Assembly (NCBI GenBank): GCA_964487045.1
Contig: CAZAOT010000001.1
Location: 4,875 to 68,874, forward strand
Source of the DNA: an uncultured Candidatus Saccharibacteria bacterium
GTDB lineage: Bacteria; Patescibacteriota; UBA1384; DTJR01
Direction of reading: 5' to 3'
Length of the DNA stretch: 64,000 nt
Shown here one piece after another: positions 44,536-52,711 of the stretch. Under the pieces are notes generated by a model. That model worked only from the letters and a program-made list of their open reading frames with translations, was not told the origin of the DNA and searched no databases. Every line of letters starts with the position of its first letter. Positions within the stretch are counted from its first letter, which is position 1. The translations under genes and the position numbers were made by a program.

Positions 44536-44576
44536 GGCGGTTTGTCCGGTCACCCGGACAAACCGCCTTCTTTTTT
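44536..44576 (+). terminator. intrinsic terminator
   Basis: GGCGGTTTGTCCGG (44536-44549), loop TCAC, CCGGACAAACCGCC (44554-44567), then TTCTTTTTT. Confidence 0.85.
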
Positions 44577-44582
44577 AAAAAC

Positions 44583-44603
44583 AAAAAAATCGCCCTTTGG
44601 CGA
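44583..44603 (-). terminator. intrinsic terminator of the valS-TPR operon
   Basis: TCGCC (44590-44594) pairs with GGCGA (44599-44603), with a T7 run on the minus strand. Confidence 0.5.
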
Positions 44604-44644
44604 AATAGAGTTCTCTCGTTCTTAGCTCTTAGTTTTTAGTTTTT

Positions 44645-45286
44645 TTATCCTCCAATTTCAGTCTCGAAACCAAATTGTTTGGCTTTGGCGAACTCCTTCT
44701 TGGCGGTTGTATTGTCTTTTAGCTCTTGATAGGTGAGGGATAGAAGATAATGGGCTTGGCCGCAAAGAGGATCGATTTTAAGAGCTTGCTCGAAGGCCGT
44801 TTTAGCCTCATCAAATTTGTTAGCAACCAGAAGAACATGGCCTTGATTGATATATCCATCGCGCCACGAAGCATCTTTTTCAACTGCCAATCTTGCCGCT
44901 GCTTCGGCTCGTTCTACGTCTTTATTTTTCAAAAACTGCTCAGAAAGGGCGACAAATCCTAGGGCATCAGTAGCCTGCGAAGCAACTTCTGCTTTAATTT
45001 TAGTAATATGCTCTTCATAGGTTTGTTTTTGCGCTACCATTGCCGCTTCGTTTGATTTGGCCGAGTATTCATAAACTGACTTAATACCAATATAACTCAT
45101 CACGATCAAGGCAAAGACTCCAAGAACCAAACCGATGCCCTTAAAGGGCACCTTTTTCAAATTTATCGAAGTTATTAGGTCAATTGGCGAGTATTTAAAT
45201 GAAGAAAAAGAGGTAGCTGATTTTCGGTTGTGATGTAATTCGGCTTTTAATTGAGCCGAAAGATGATACGACTTTAGATTATTCAT
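44645..45286 (-). CDS. membrane-anchored TPR-repeat protein
   Basis: About 213 aa from the Met at 45286 (MNNLKSYHLS...); the longer track ORF would overlap valS. One TM helix and C-terminal TPR units (AKTAFEQALKIDPLCGQAHYLLSLTY). Confidence 0.7.
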   Translation of the reverse strand: MNNLKSYHLSAQLKAELHHNRKSATSFSSFKYSPIDLITSINLKKVPFKGIGLVLGVFALIVMSYIGIKSVYEYSAKSNEAAMVAQKQTYEEHITKIKAEVASQATDALGFVALSEQFLKNKDVERAEAAARLAVEKDASWRDGYINQGHVLLVANKFDEAKTAFEQALKIDPLCGQAHYLLSLTYQELKDNTTAKKEFAKAKQFGFETEIGG

Positions 45287-45321
45287 CCCCACCTTGTTAA
45301 GAATAAAAATTAAAAATTCGA

Positions 45322-47427
45322 TCAGAGAGCTGGCCAGGAAGCGTCGATGAGCATTTTGCTCTCTCGTTGCTCCTCGGGTAGCTCTTGCCAACATGCTTCA
45401 GTTACAAACGGCATGTATGGGTGAAGCAATTTCAAGCTTGTTTTCAATATTTTTGTAAGCTTTAAGAGAGACGTCTTTTTTTCTCGTTCATCGCCGCCAT
45501 AAAGACGTTTCTTTTCCTGCTCTATAATCTTATCAGCAAACTCATGCCAAATATAAGCGTACAAATGTTCGCCTGCTTGTGAAAATTTAAACTCATCGAT
45601 CAGTTTTGTAACTTCTGAAGTAACCTTATCCAGATTCTCTATATCTTTTTTATCTTGATCTGAAAAATTAGATTCCTCAGTATCAATTTCAATATTTTCC
45701 AGATTTGTTACTACAAATCTGGCAATATTCCAAATCTTGTTTGAAAAATTACGATACCCTCTGATTTTGCTTTCACCAAGGGCTATATCCTGACCTGCGG
45801 TAGTTCCGACAATCAAGGAATATCTCAGGGCGTCGGCGCCGTATTTTTCGATAATATCTATTGGATCAATCACGTTGCCAAGAGATTTGGACATCTTGCG
45901 ATTCTTTTCGTCCCTTACGAGGCCATGCAGGTAAACAGTCTCAAAAGGAGCTTTGCCTGTCAGCTCTAATCCCATCATGATCATCCTGGCGACCCAGAAA
46001 AACAAGATGTCATAACCTGTTTCCATGACTGTTGTTGGGTAGAAGTTCTTGTAATCTTCAGCATCTTTGTCTGGCCAGCCAAGAGTGGAGAATGGCCAAA
46101 GTCCACTTGAGAACCAAGTATCGAGTACATCTTCTTCTTGCACCCAGCCGTCACCCTCGGGAGCTTTTTTGCCAACATAAATTTCTTCTCCCTTATACCA
46201 AACCGGAATTTGGTGGCCCCACCAGAGTTGGCGCGAGATACACCAGTCGCGTATATTATCCATCCAATGGAAGTAAACTTTTTCAAAACGCTTTGGCATA
46301 ATTTTGATCTCGCCTGACTCCACCGTTTTTTTGGCTTTCTCGGTGAGTGGTTTCATCTTTACGAACCATTGCTTTGATGGAATTGGTTCAATTTGACCAC
46401 CGCAGCGGTAACAAGTGGCTATATTATGTTCGTAATTTTCTTCAATATGATCGATTAGACCCATTTTCTGCATATCTTCGACAATTGCTTCGCGAGCCTC
46501 CTTGGTCTTCATGCCGGTATATTTACCGGTGTTCTCCATCATGCGGCCGTTTTCGTCTATCACTTGTTTAAGTGGAATATCGTTGCGCTGAGCAATTTCA
46601 AAATCAACCAAGGAGTGAGCAGGGGTAACCTTGATCGCACCTGTGCCGAATTTTGGGTCGACGGCGTTATCAGCGACGACAACAATTTCAAAATCTCCCA
46701 GTACTCCCGGAATCATAAATTTCTTGCCAACCATATCCTTATATCTCTTATCGGTTGGGTGAACGGCGACTGCAGTGTCGCCAAGCTTTGTCTCTGGTCT
46801 AGCGGTAGCTAAGGTAAATGGACCATATTTAATCCAGTAGAATTTGCCAACTTCTGGTTTGTGCTCAACTTCATCATCGGCAATTGCGGTGTGGCAGCGG
46901 GGGCACCAGTTAACTGTGCGCAGCCCCTGATAAATAAGTCCCTTATCGTATAAATTTACAAATGCTTCTTTGACTGCTTCGGATAGTCCCTCGTCTAGGG
47001 TAAAGCGTTCTCTTGTCCAGTCACAGGAAGCACCAAGTTTTCTAATTTGAGAGGTGATAGTATTGCCGTATTCTTCTTTCCATTGCCAAACTCGCTCCAC
47101 AAACTTTTCACGTCCTAAGTCGTGTCGCCTCAAACCTTCTTTGGAAAGTTGCTTTTCGACAACATTTTGAGTGGCGATGCCAGCGTGGTCAGTTCCGGGA
47201 AGCCAAAGAGTTGGTTCTCCCCTCATGCGATGGTAGCGAGCCATAATGTCCTCGAGCGTTACGTACATACCATGGCCGATATGAAGTTTGCCGGTCACGT
47301 TTGGCGGAGGCATCGAAATAACAAAAGGTTTTTTACCTTCTTCTATTTTTGGAGTGAAGGATCCGCTATCTTCCCATTTTTTATATATTTCGTCTTCAAA
47401 AACTTTGTGGTTGTAAGCCTTATCCAT
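45322..47427 (-). CDS. valS: valine--tRNA ligase (short form)
   Basis: About 701 aa from MDKAYNHKVFEDEIY. PPPNVTGKLHIGH (HIGH), PGTDHAGIATQ and KMSKS motifs. Confidence 0.9.
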   Translation of the reverse strand: MDKAYNHKVFEDEIYKKWEDSGSFTPKIEEGKKPFVISMPPPNVTGKLHIGHGMYVTLEDIMARYHRMRGEPTLWLPGTDHAGIATQNVVEKQLSKEGLRRHDLGREKFVERVWQWKEEYGNTITSQIRKLGASCDWTRERFTLDEGLSEAVKEAFVNLYDKGLIYQGLRTVNWCPRCHTAIADDEVEHKPEVGKFYWIKYGPFTLATARPETKLGDTAVAVHPTDKRYKDMVGKKFMIPGVLGDFEIVVVADNAVDPKFGTGAIKVTPAHSLVDFEIAQRNDIPLKQVIDENGRMMENTGKYTGMKTKEAREAIVEDMQKMGLIDHIEENYEHNIATCYRCGGQIEPIPSKQWFVKMKPLTEKAKKTVESGEIKIMPKRFEKVYFHWMDNIRDWCISRQLWWGHQIPVWYKGEEIYVGKKAPEGDGWVQEEDVLDTWFSSGLWPFSTLGWPDKDAEDYKNFYPTTVMETGYDILFFWVARMIMMGLELTGKAPFETVYLHGLVRDEKNRKMSKSLGNVIDPIDIIEKYGADALRYSLIVGTTAGQDIALGESKIRGYRNFSNKIWNIARFVVTNLENIEIDTEESNFSDQDKKDIENLDKVTSEVTKLIDEFKFSQAGEHLYAYIWHEFADKIIEQEKKRLYGGDEREKKTSLLKLTKILKTSLKLLHPYMPFVTEACWQELPEEQRESKMLIDASWPAL

Positions 47428-47495
47428 AGGTTTAATATTAGCGCAATTCAAGGAGAAAACAAGATGAAACTGTGAAAGCTGGAAGCAATTAGTGA

Positions 47496-47524
47496 TTGAC
47501 TAATTATTACTCTTGAGCTATATT
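47496..47524 (+). promoter_or_regulatory. sigma70-type promoter of GC-rich island 7
   Basis: TTGACT (47496-47501), exactly 17 nt, then TATATT (47519-47524). Confidence 0.65.
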
Positions 47525-47575
47525 TTCAGGATTGAGTGCCCCTTATGGGGCCCAAAGGACATTGAGGTGATGGCG

Positions 47576-48730
47576 ATGCGAATCGGCATGTTCACTTTGA
47601 CTTATGGAAGGTCTAACGGCGTGGCCGTCTCCGTCGCCAATCTGAGCCGCGCGCTTCGCGAAGCCGGCCATGAAGTTCATATCTTCGGGCCAAGCGGTGT
47701 GGCGGATACAGACGAATTCTACCATCCGTTCGTGACGGTGCGATTTCCCCAGGCTCCGGACTATCCGGTGCCAATACCGAACTTCCTGCGTGCTCTCAAG
47801 ATAGCGCGTCGGTACAATCTTAAGCTTATGCACACTCACCATCCTTGGCTGCTCGGCAGTGATGCGGTGAGGGTGGCGCGCGAGCTGGAGGTGCCGGTAG
47901 TTTCCACGGTGCACACTCAGTATGATTTCTACTCCGAGCTTTTCCCGTGGATTCCGAGCAAATGGAAGCGCAAAGCGCTGCATTGGGTGCTCAGGCGTCA
48001 CCTCTGCAGTGTCGATCTGGTGACGACGCCGGGCATTGGTTCCAAGGCGCGCCTGGATGACATGCAGCTGACTACGCCGGTTCGTCTCGTCACCAACGGC
48101 ACCGACCTGTCGCTCTTCGGGTATGGCGGCGCCAACGAAATCAGACGCCAGCTCAGAATTCCGGAAGGCGCCCAGGTCTTCGGCTATGTTGGCCGGTTCG
48201 ATCCCGAAAAAGATCTCGGCACCCTGATCGATGCGGCGGCTAAAGTGTTCAAATGGCATCCGCGAGCCGTGCTGCTCATGGTCGGCGACGGTAAAGAGCG
48301 CGAATCGCTCGAGTGGAAATCCAAACCGCTCGGCAACCGAGTCATCTTCACCGGCCGAATTGCCCACGAGCAAATCGCGCCCTACTACAGCGCGATGGAT
48401 ATCTTCGTCACGCCGAGTAGGTTCGAGGTTCAGCCGATGACCATCGCCGAAGCGTTTGCCAGCGGTTTGCCGGTCGTTGCTTTGGATGTGCCTGGCAGCG
48501 AGATGGTCCATCACGGCTACAACGGCCTGCTCGTGGATCCAGCCCAACCGGTAAGCGCCCTGGCTCGAGGAGTCAGTCAGATCTTTAGCGACCCATTCCG
48601 ACATCTGACGCTACAGGGCCACGCCAGAGAGTCGGCGCGGCAGTACGAAACCGCCGAAGCTTTGTCACAGATGCTCAGTGCCTACCAAGACGCCGGCTAC
48701 TTCTGCCGCACTCGTCAGTCGTCCGTCTAA
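47576..48730 (+). CDS. GT4 glycosyltransferase, GC-rich copy (diacylglycerol glycosyltransferase-like branch)
   Basis: About 384 aa from MRIGMFTLTY (GAGGTG RBS; ATG at 47570 is an alternative start). Motifs NGVAVS, GHEVHIFGP, TVHTQYDFY, VDLVTTPG, EVQPMTIAEA. Resembles alMGS/CpoA-type GT4 (from memory). Confidence 0.8.
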   Translation: MRIGMFTLTYGRSNGVAVSVANLSRALREAGHEVHIFGPSGVADTDEFYHPFVTVRFPQAPDYPVPIPNFLRALKIARRYNLKLMHTHHPWLLGSDAVRVARELEVPVVSTVHTQYDFYSELFPWIPSKWKRKALHWVLRRHLCSVDLVTTPGIGSKARLDDMQLTTPVRLVTNGTDLSLFGYGGANEIRRQLRIPEGAQVFGYVGRFDPEKDLGTLIDAAAKVFKWHPRAVLLMVGDGKERESLEWKSKPLGNRVIFTGRIAHEQIAPYYSAMDIFVTPSRFEVQPMTIAEAFASGLPVVALDVPGSEMVHHGYNGLLVDPAQPVSALARGVSQIFSDPFRHLTLQGHARESARQYETAEALSQMLSAYQDAGYFCRTRQSSV

Positions 48731-48746
48731 CAAGTAATGGTTCCGT

Positions 48747-48778
48747 GGCCGGAGGTTCGCCTCCGGCCTGTTTTTTTT
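48747..48778 (+). terminator. intrinsic terminator
   Basis: GGCCGGAGG (48747-48755), loop TTCG, CCTCCGGCC (48760-48768), then TGTTTTTTTT. Confidence 0.85.
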
Positions 48779-48803
48779 GAAAAAAGGTTCTACAATTAGG
48801 GTG

Positions 48804-49958
48804 ATGAAGATCGCAATTTTTACTAATACCTATTGGCCAACTGTAAATGGCGTAGCTGTTTCGGCGACTAATTTGCGCGAAGGACTCATTCAGCTTGGAC
48901 ATGAGGTTTTTATCTTTGCGCCAGACGACGAAGATTTGAAGAAGTTGAAAGAACAGGCTAACGTTTATCGCTATCCATCTTTCAATATTAAAGAAATTGC
49001 TGATTATGAATTGGCGCTTCCGTCCTTGAAGATTAATGAAGTTTTAGATAAAAATTCCTTTGATATCGTGCACAGCGAACATCCGCTCTGGATAGGAAAG
49101 TGGGGGATGAATTATGCCAAAAAAACCAATACCCCGATTATTACAACCGTTCATACTCAGTACGATCTCTACGCCAAATTAATACCGCTACCCCAGGGAA
49201 TTTTGGTACCAATTTTACATAAAAATCTTAATCGATATTTAAATAATGTTGATTTAGTGACGACTCCAGGGGAGGGATCGAAGCAAAGGCTGATTGAGCA
49301 AGGAGTGAAGACGCCGATCAGGGTGGTTTCAAACGCGACCGATCTCAGTAGGTACTGGAAGGCCAAAGGAGATAAGGTACGCCGTGAGCTGACTAACAAT
49401 AATGAGAAATTGATTGGGTTTGTCGGGCGGCTATCGAAGGAAAAAGACGTTTCTGTCTTACTTGATGCAATGAATCTTATTTTAAATAAAATGCCTGATA
49501 GTAAGCTCATTTTGATTGGTGATGGTCCGGATAGAAAAGAGCTCGAGGAAAAAGCCAAAACTATTTCAAACAAAATTGTTTTTCTTGGCAAAATTGATCA
49601 TAAACAAATCCCTGATTATTATGCCTCCTTTGATATTTTTCTCTCGGCTAGCCAGTCGGAGGTTCAGCCAATGACTTTTGCCGAAGCGATGGCAACCGGT
49701 ACGCCGATTGTTGTTTTTAATGTTGCTGGTTGTAATGATATGGTGAAAAATCGCGAGAATGGACTATTGATTGACCCTAAAAAGGGCGCCCAGGGATTGG
49801 CAGATGCGGTGACAAAGATTTTAGTAAACGAAAAAGAGTTAAAAAAATTAAGCTCTCAGGCTAGAAAATGGGCCAGCCGCTATGATCTGATGACGGCGAC
49901 CAAAGATATGGTTGAAGCCTATGAGCAGGCAATCAAGATTCACTCAAACAAGAACTAA
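48804..49958 (+). CDS. GT4 glycosyltransferase, AT-rich copy (same subfamily as 47576-48730)
   Basis: About 384 aa from MKIAIFTNTY. Shares NGVAVS, GHEVFIFAP, TVHTQYDLY, VDLVTTPG and EVQPMTFAEA with the upstream GC-rich gene. Confidence 0.85.
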   Translation: MKIAIFTNTYWPTVNGVAVSATNLREGLIQLGHEVFIFAPDDEDLKKLKEQANVYRYPSFNIKEIADYELALPSLKINEVLDKNSFDIVHSEHPLWIGKWGMNYAKKTNTPIITTVHTQYDLYAKLIPLPQGILVPILHKNLNRYLNNVDLVTTPGEGSKQRLIEQGVKTPIRVVSNATDLSRYWKAKGDKVRRELTNNNEKLIGFVGRLSKEKDVSVLLDAMNLILNKMPDSKLILIGDGPDRKELEEKAKTISNKIVFLGKIDHKQIPDYYASFDIFLSASQSEVQPMTFAEAMATGTPIVVFNVAGCNDMVKNRENGLLIDPKKGAQGLADAVTKILVNEKELKKLSSQARKWASRYDLMTATKDMVEAYEQAIKIHSNKN

Positions 49959-51079
49959 ATACCTAGCCCAATTGCTGTTTTGGCTTCCTTTAGAGTTTCC
50001 TGCGCATCGGGGGCGACTTTTGAAGCGCCGTCCGAGAGAATTTTTTTGAGGTTTTCTTTATCGGCAATCAGTTCGTTAAATTTTTCTCTAACTGGCTTTA
50101 ACTCGGCGATGACTGCTTCTGCCAAGGCCTCTTTGAATTCGCCATAGGTTTTGCCTTCAAATTCTTTTTCAATTTCGCTAATTTCCCGGCCGGTAACCCC
50201 GGAAAAAATATTAAGTAGATTGGTGATAGCAGGTTTATCTTCTCCAGCTTTGATTTCATTTCCAGAATCTGTGACCGCTTTTTTAATCTTGGTTCTAATC
50301 GTCTTATCATCATCAGTTATAGCAATGTAATTTGCGGGTGATGGGGCTGATTTTGACATTTTCTTTTTAGGATCATCAAGTCCCATAATTCTAGCGGTTT
50401 CTTTGCGGATTAAAGGTTCTGGAACGGTAAAGATTTGCCCATATTTATTATTAATTCTTTGGGCAATATCTCGGGTTATCTCAATATGTTGTTTTTGATC
50501 TTCGCCGACCGGAACTTGATCGGTTTGGTAAAGCAAGATATCAGCGGCCATGAGCGCTGGGTAGTCAAAAAGGCCAACTGAACTTATATCGTAGGATTTA
50601 CGTTCGGATTCTTCTAGGATATTTTTTGCAAGGTCTATTCTCTTTTCATTATTATCTTGTAATTCTTTTAGCTGTTCGGGTGAATTTATTTTATCGACTA
50701 ATCTTTTTATGACATTATCTGAAATTCTGTCTCTTATTTCACTCGATTTTTCCTTAAATTGGGTCATGCGGTTAAGCTCACCCATATAGGTATGGCAATT
50801 TAAAATCCAAGCTAGTTCGGAGTGCTCGGGACGGTCAGACTGAACAAAAATTGTTGATTTATTGGGGTCGATGCCAGAAGCAATATAGAGTGCGGCGACT
50901 TCTAGTGTCTTTTCTTTTAAAACTTTTGGATCTTGGGGAACGGTAATTGCATGCAGATCGACGATGCAAAAGATGCACTCGGCTTCATCTTGAACCTTGG
51001 CCCATTGCTTAAGTGCCCCTAAATAATTTCCTAAATGTAGGTTGCCCGACGGCTGTACGCCGGAAAAGATTTTTTTCAT
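49955..51079 (-). CDS. trpS: tryptophan--tRNA ligase
   Basis: 374 aa. SGVQPSGNLHLGNYLG (HIGH-type) and KKMSKS motifs. Confidence 0.9.
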   Translation of the reverse strand: MKKIFSGVQPSGNLHLGNYLGALKQWAKVQDEAECIFCIVDLHAITVPQDPKVLKEKTLEVAALYIASGIDPNKSTIFVQSDRPEHSELAWILNCHTYMGELNRMTQFKEKSSEIRDRISDNVIKRLVDKINSPEQLKELQDNNEKRIDLAKNILEESERKSYDISSVGLFDYPALMAADILLYQTDQVPVGEDQKQHIEITRDIAQRINNKYGQIFTVPEPLIRKETARIMGLDDPKKKMSKSAPSPANYIAITDDDKTIRTKIKKAVTDSGNEIKAGEDKPAITNLLNIFSGVTGREISEIEKEFEGKTYGEFKEALAEAVIAELKPVREKFNELIADKENLKKILSDGASKVAPDAQETLKEAKTAIGLGI

Positions 51080-51244
51080 TTTTATAGATCCTTCGACAAG
51101 CTCAGGATTAAAATGCCTTTTTAATTTTCTATTAAAACATTTTCAATTTAACAAAATTAAGGGGTTACCACAACTATTTGCTTGAAAATCGTCTGAAGGG
51201 TGTTAATTTTAATATAGATTCGGGGACCGAAGGGTAGGTGATAG

Positions 51245-51538
51245 ATGAAACTAGCATTTGTCCGCACTGAGAAGGGCTGGCAGCGAGGTTACTTCAGCGG
51301 AAGGATGCTGGTCGTAGGAGACAGCAAGCCAATCTCTGAAGTAGAGGCCAGAAGGCAGCTCAGCTTGCCAGGGGAAACGATCGTCAAGGTGATCGTTTCA
51401 GACCAAGTCTTTCGCGCCTATGACGTACTGATGAGACGGGACGATATGAAACCGGAGCAGGTCCAAATGGGTCTGCTGCCAAAGCCTGACAAACCCCGAA
51501 GAGGGTGCTTGATGTGGTTTCTTCCGCGCCATCATTGA
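51245..51538 (+). CDS. orphan 97-aa protein (GC-rich island 8)
   Basis: RBS AAGGGTAGGTGA, then the ATG. GC-rich codons. Followed by a hairpin terminator. Confidence 0.55.
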   Translation: MKLAFVRTEKGWQRGYFSGRMLVVGDSKPISEVEARRQLSLPGETIVKVIVSDQVFRAYDVLMRRDDMKPEQVQMGLLPKPDKPRRGCLMWFLPRHH

Positions 51539-51551
51539 TCCCGAATCTTAC

Positions 51552-51592
51552 AAGGGACGCTCCGCCTTGTGCGGTACGTCCCTTTTCCTTTT
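51552..51592 (+). terminator. intrinsic terminator between convergent island-8 genes
   Basis: AAGGGACG (51552-51559) pairs with CGTCCCTT (51577-51584), followed by TTCCTTTT. Confidence 0.6.
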
Positions 51593-51648
51593 AAAAGTAA
51601 AACGCCCCCCGGACCGTTGGCTCGGGGCATGAGGTTGGCTGGCCGGTG

Positions 51649-51924
51649 CTACTTCTTCTTTGGCCACGCCGGGCAGAGGACGAAGGCAAGCAAGGTGAAT
51701 CCGAGCGCGATGGGCGTTCCGAGGAACGCCCAGGCGACCCCGCTCCATCCCCAGATGGCTCCGGCTGTGACGCACCACCCGATCCATCCGGCGATCCCGA
51801 TGACAAGGGTCCAGAGAATCTTGTCGCCGGCATGGCGGATCCTGGGACAACTTAGGCCGATGAAGACAGCGGCCAAGAGCAATCCCCCTCCAACCGAAAT
51901 CAATGCGGGTACCATCGCACCCAT
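51649..51924 (-). CDS. orphan Trp-rich three-TM protein (GC-rich island 8)
   Basis: 91 aa (MGAMVPALISVGGGLLLAAVFIGL...WIGWCVTAGAIWGWSGVAWAFLG...KKK); the start may be the second Met at 51915. Overlapping ORFs in other frames look like shadows. Confidence 0.6.
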   Translation of the reverse strand: MGAMVPALISVGGGLLLAAVFIGLSCPRIRHAGDKILWTLVIGIAGWIGWCVTAGAIWGWSGVAWAFLGTPIALGFTLLAFVLCPAWPKKK

Positions 51925-51966
51925 CCTTTCTGTTCTGTTGCCAGATTGTCAAAACGCGATCTGGAT

Positions 51967-51995
51967 ATACTAACTCAAGGACAGCTATATTGCAA
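51967..51995 (-). promoter_or_regulatory. sigma70-type promoter for the 51924-51649 gene
   Basis: On the minus strand: TTGCAA (51995-51990), exactly 17 nt, then TAGTAT (51972-51967). Confidence 0.55.
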
Positions 51996-52024
51996 GCGTA
52001 TGGTTTCGATAATATAGTCGGTTT

Positions 52025-52651
52025 GTGAGTAAATTAATCAAAAGAGCCCGCTTGGCCGGACAAGTTCTGAGATTTGTTCCTTTCTTAAGGATGGCAGCTC
52101 TTAACGGTTCAATTGTCCGCGGGGAAGAAAACAAACAAAGCGATATTGATATTTTAATTATCGCCTGTGCCGGCCGGCTTTATACCTGCCGCGCGTTTGC
52201 AAGTGCATTAATTCATCTAACTGGCTGGCGACGTCATGGCAAAAAAATTTCTGGCCGAATATGCCTCAATTGTTATCTTAGCGACCAGTATTTAGATATA
52301 TTTCCGGAGAATAAAACCTCCGCTTATAAAGTGGCGAAAGCCTATAAATCGTCAATTGCACTAGTAGATGAAGGGCTAGCCCAAAAATTCCAAATTGAGA
52401 ACTCTTGGTTTGAAAAGTTTGAAAAATCATCAAACACCCATACAAAACTTTTACAAGAAGCTTGTTTCATAGGATTTCCATTGAAGCCAAGTGCCAGACT
52501 GCTTGAAAAAATGTTGCTCGGTAAGGTCGGCAATTTTGTAGAGAGAAGGTTAATGCAATATCAACAAAGTCGTATTCTCAGAGGTAAGCGAAAAGGTGAC
52601 GAAATTTACGCAAGCGAAAAAGCGATCAAATTGCATCCAAAAAAGTACTAA
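52025..52651 (+). CDS. nucleotidyltransferase-domain protein (Pol-beta superfamily)
   Basis: 208 aa with a GTG start. GSIVRGEENKQSDIDILI (GS...DxD) motif. Confidence 0.7.
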   Translation: MSKLIKRARLAGQVLRFVPFLRMAALNGSIVRGEENKQSDIDILIIACAGRLYTCRAFASALIHLTGWRRHGKKISGRICLNCYLSDQYLDIFPENKTSAYKVAKAYKSSIALVDEGLAQKFQIENSWFEKFEKSSNTHTKLLQEACFIGFPLKPSARLLEKMLLGKVGNFVERRLMQYQQSRILRGKRKGDEIYASEKAIKLHPKKY

Positions 52652-52711
52652 ATTCAGCTTGTTTGCAATGTAGAAAAAAGGTATAATTTTAGGTGGATTA
52701 TAAGGAGGGAA

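Noticed and set aside
44015-44584. 189-aa minus-strand ORF across island 6
   Set aside because: The plus strand has a promoter, two strong SDs, TM-helix-containing products and a plus-oriented terminator. The minus-strand translation is Arg/Gln-rich junk and runs through the terminator.
47543-48604. 353-aa minus-strand ORF antisense to the GC-rich GT4
   Set aside because: It is antisense to an ORF with clear GT4 motifs and a homologous neighbour. The translation is Arg-rich with no recognisable family. Shadow ORF.
51548-51973. Two overlapping 134-aa ORFs (both strands) and 69/80-aa ORFs in island 8
   Set aside because: They are mutually overlapping frames in GC-rich DNA. They read through the terminator hairpins, lack an RBS, and give Pro/Arg/Gly-rich translations. 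The 91-aa three-TM frame, which has promoter and RBS support, was preferred. Confidence is only moderate.
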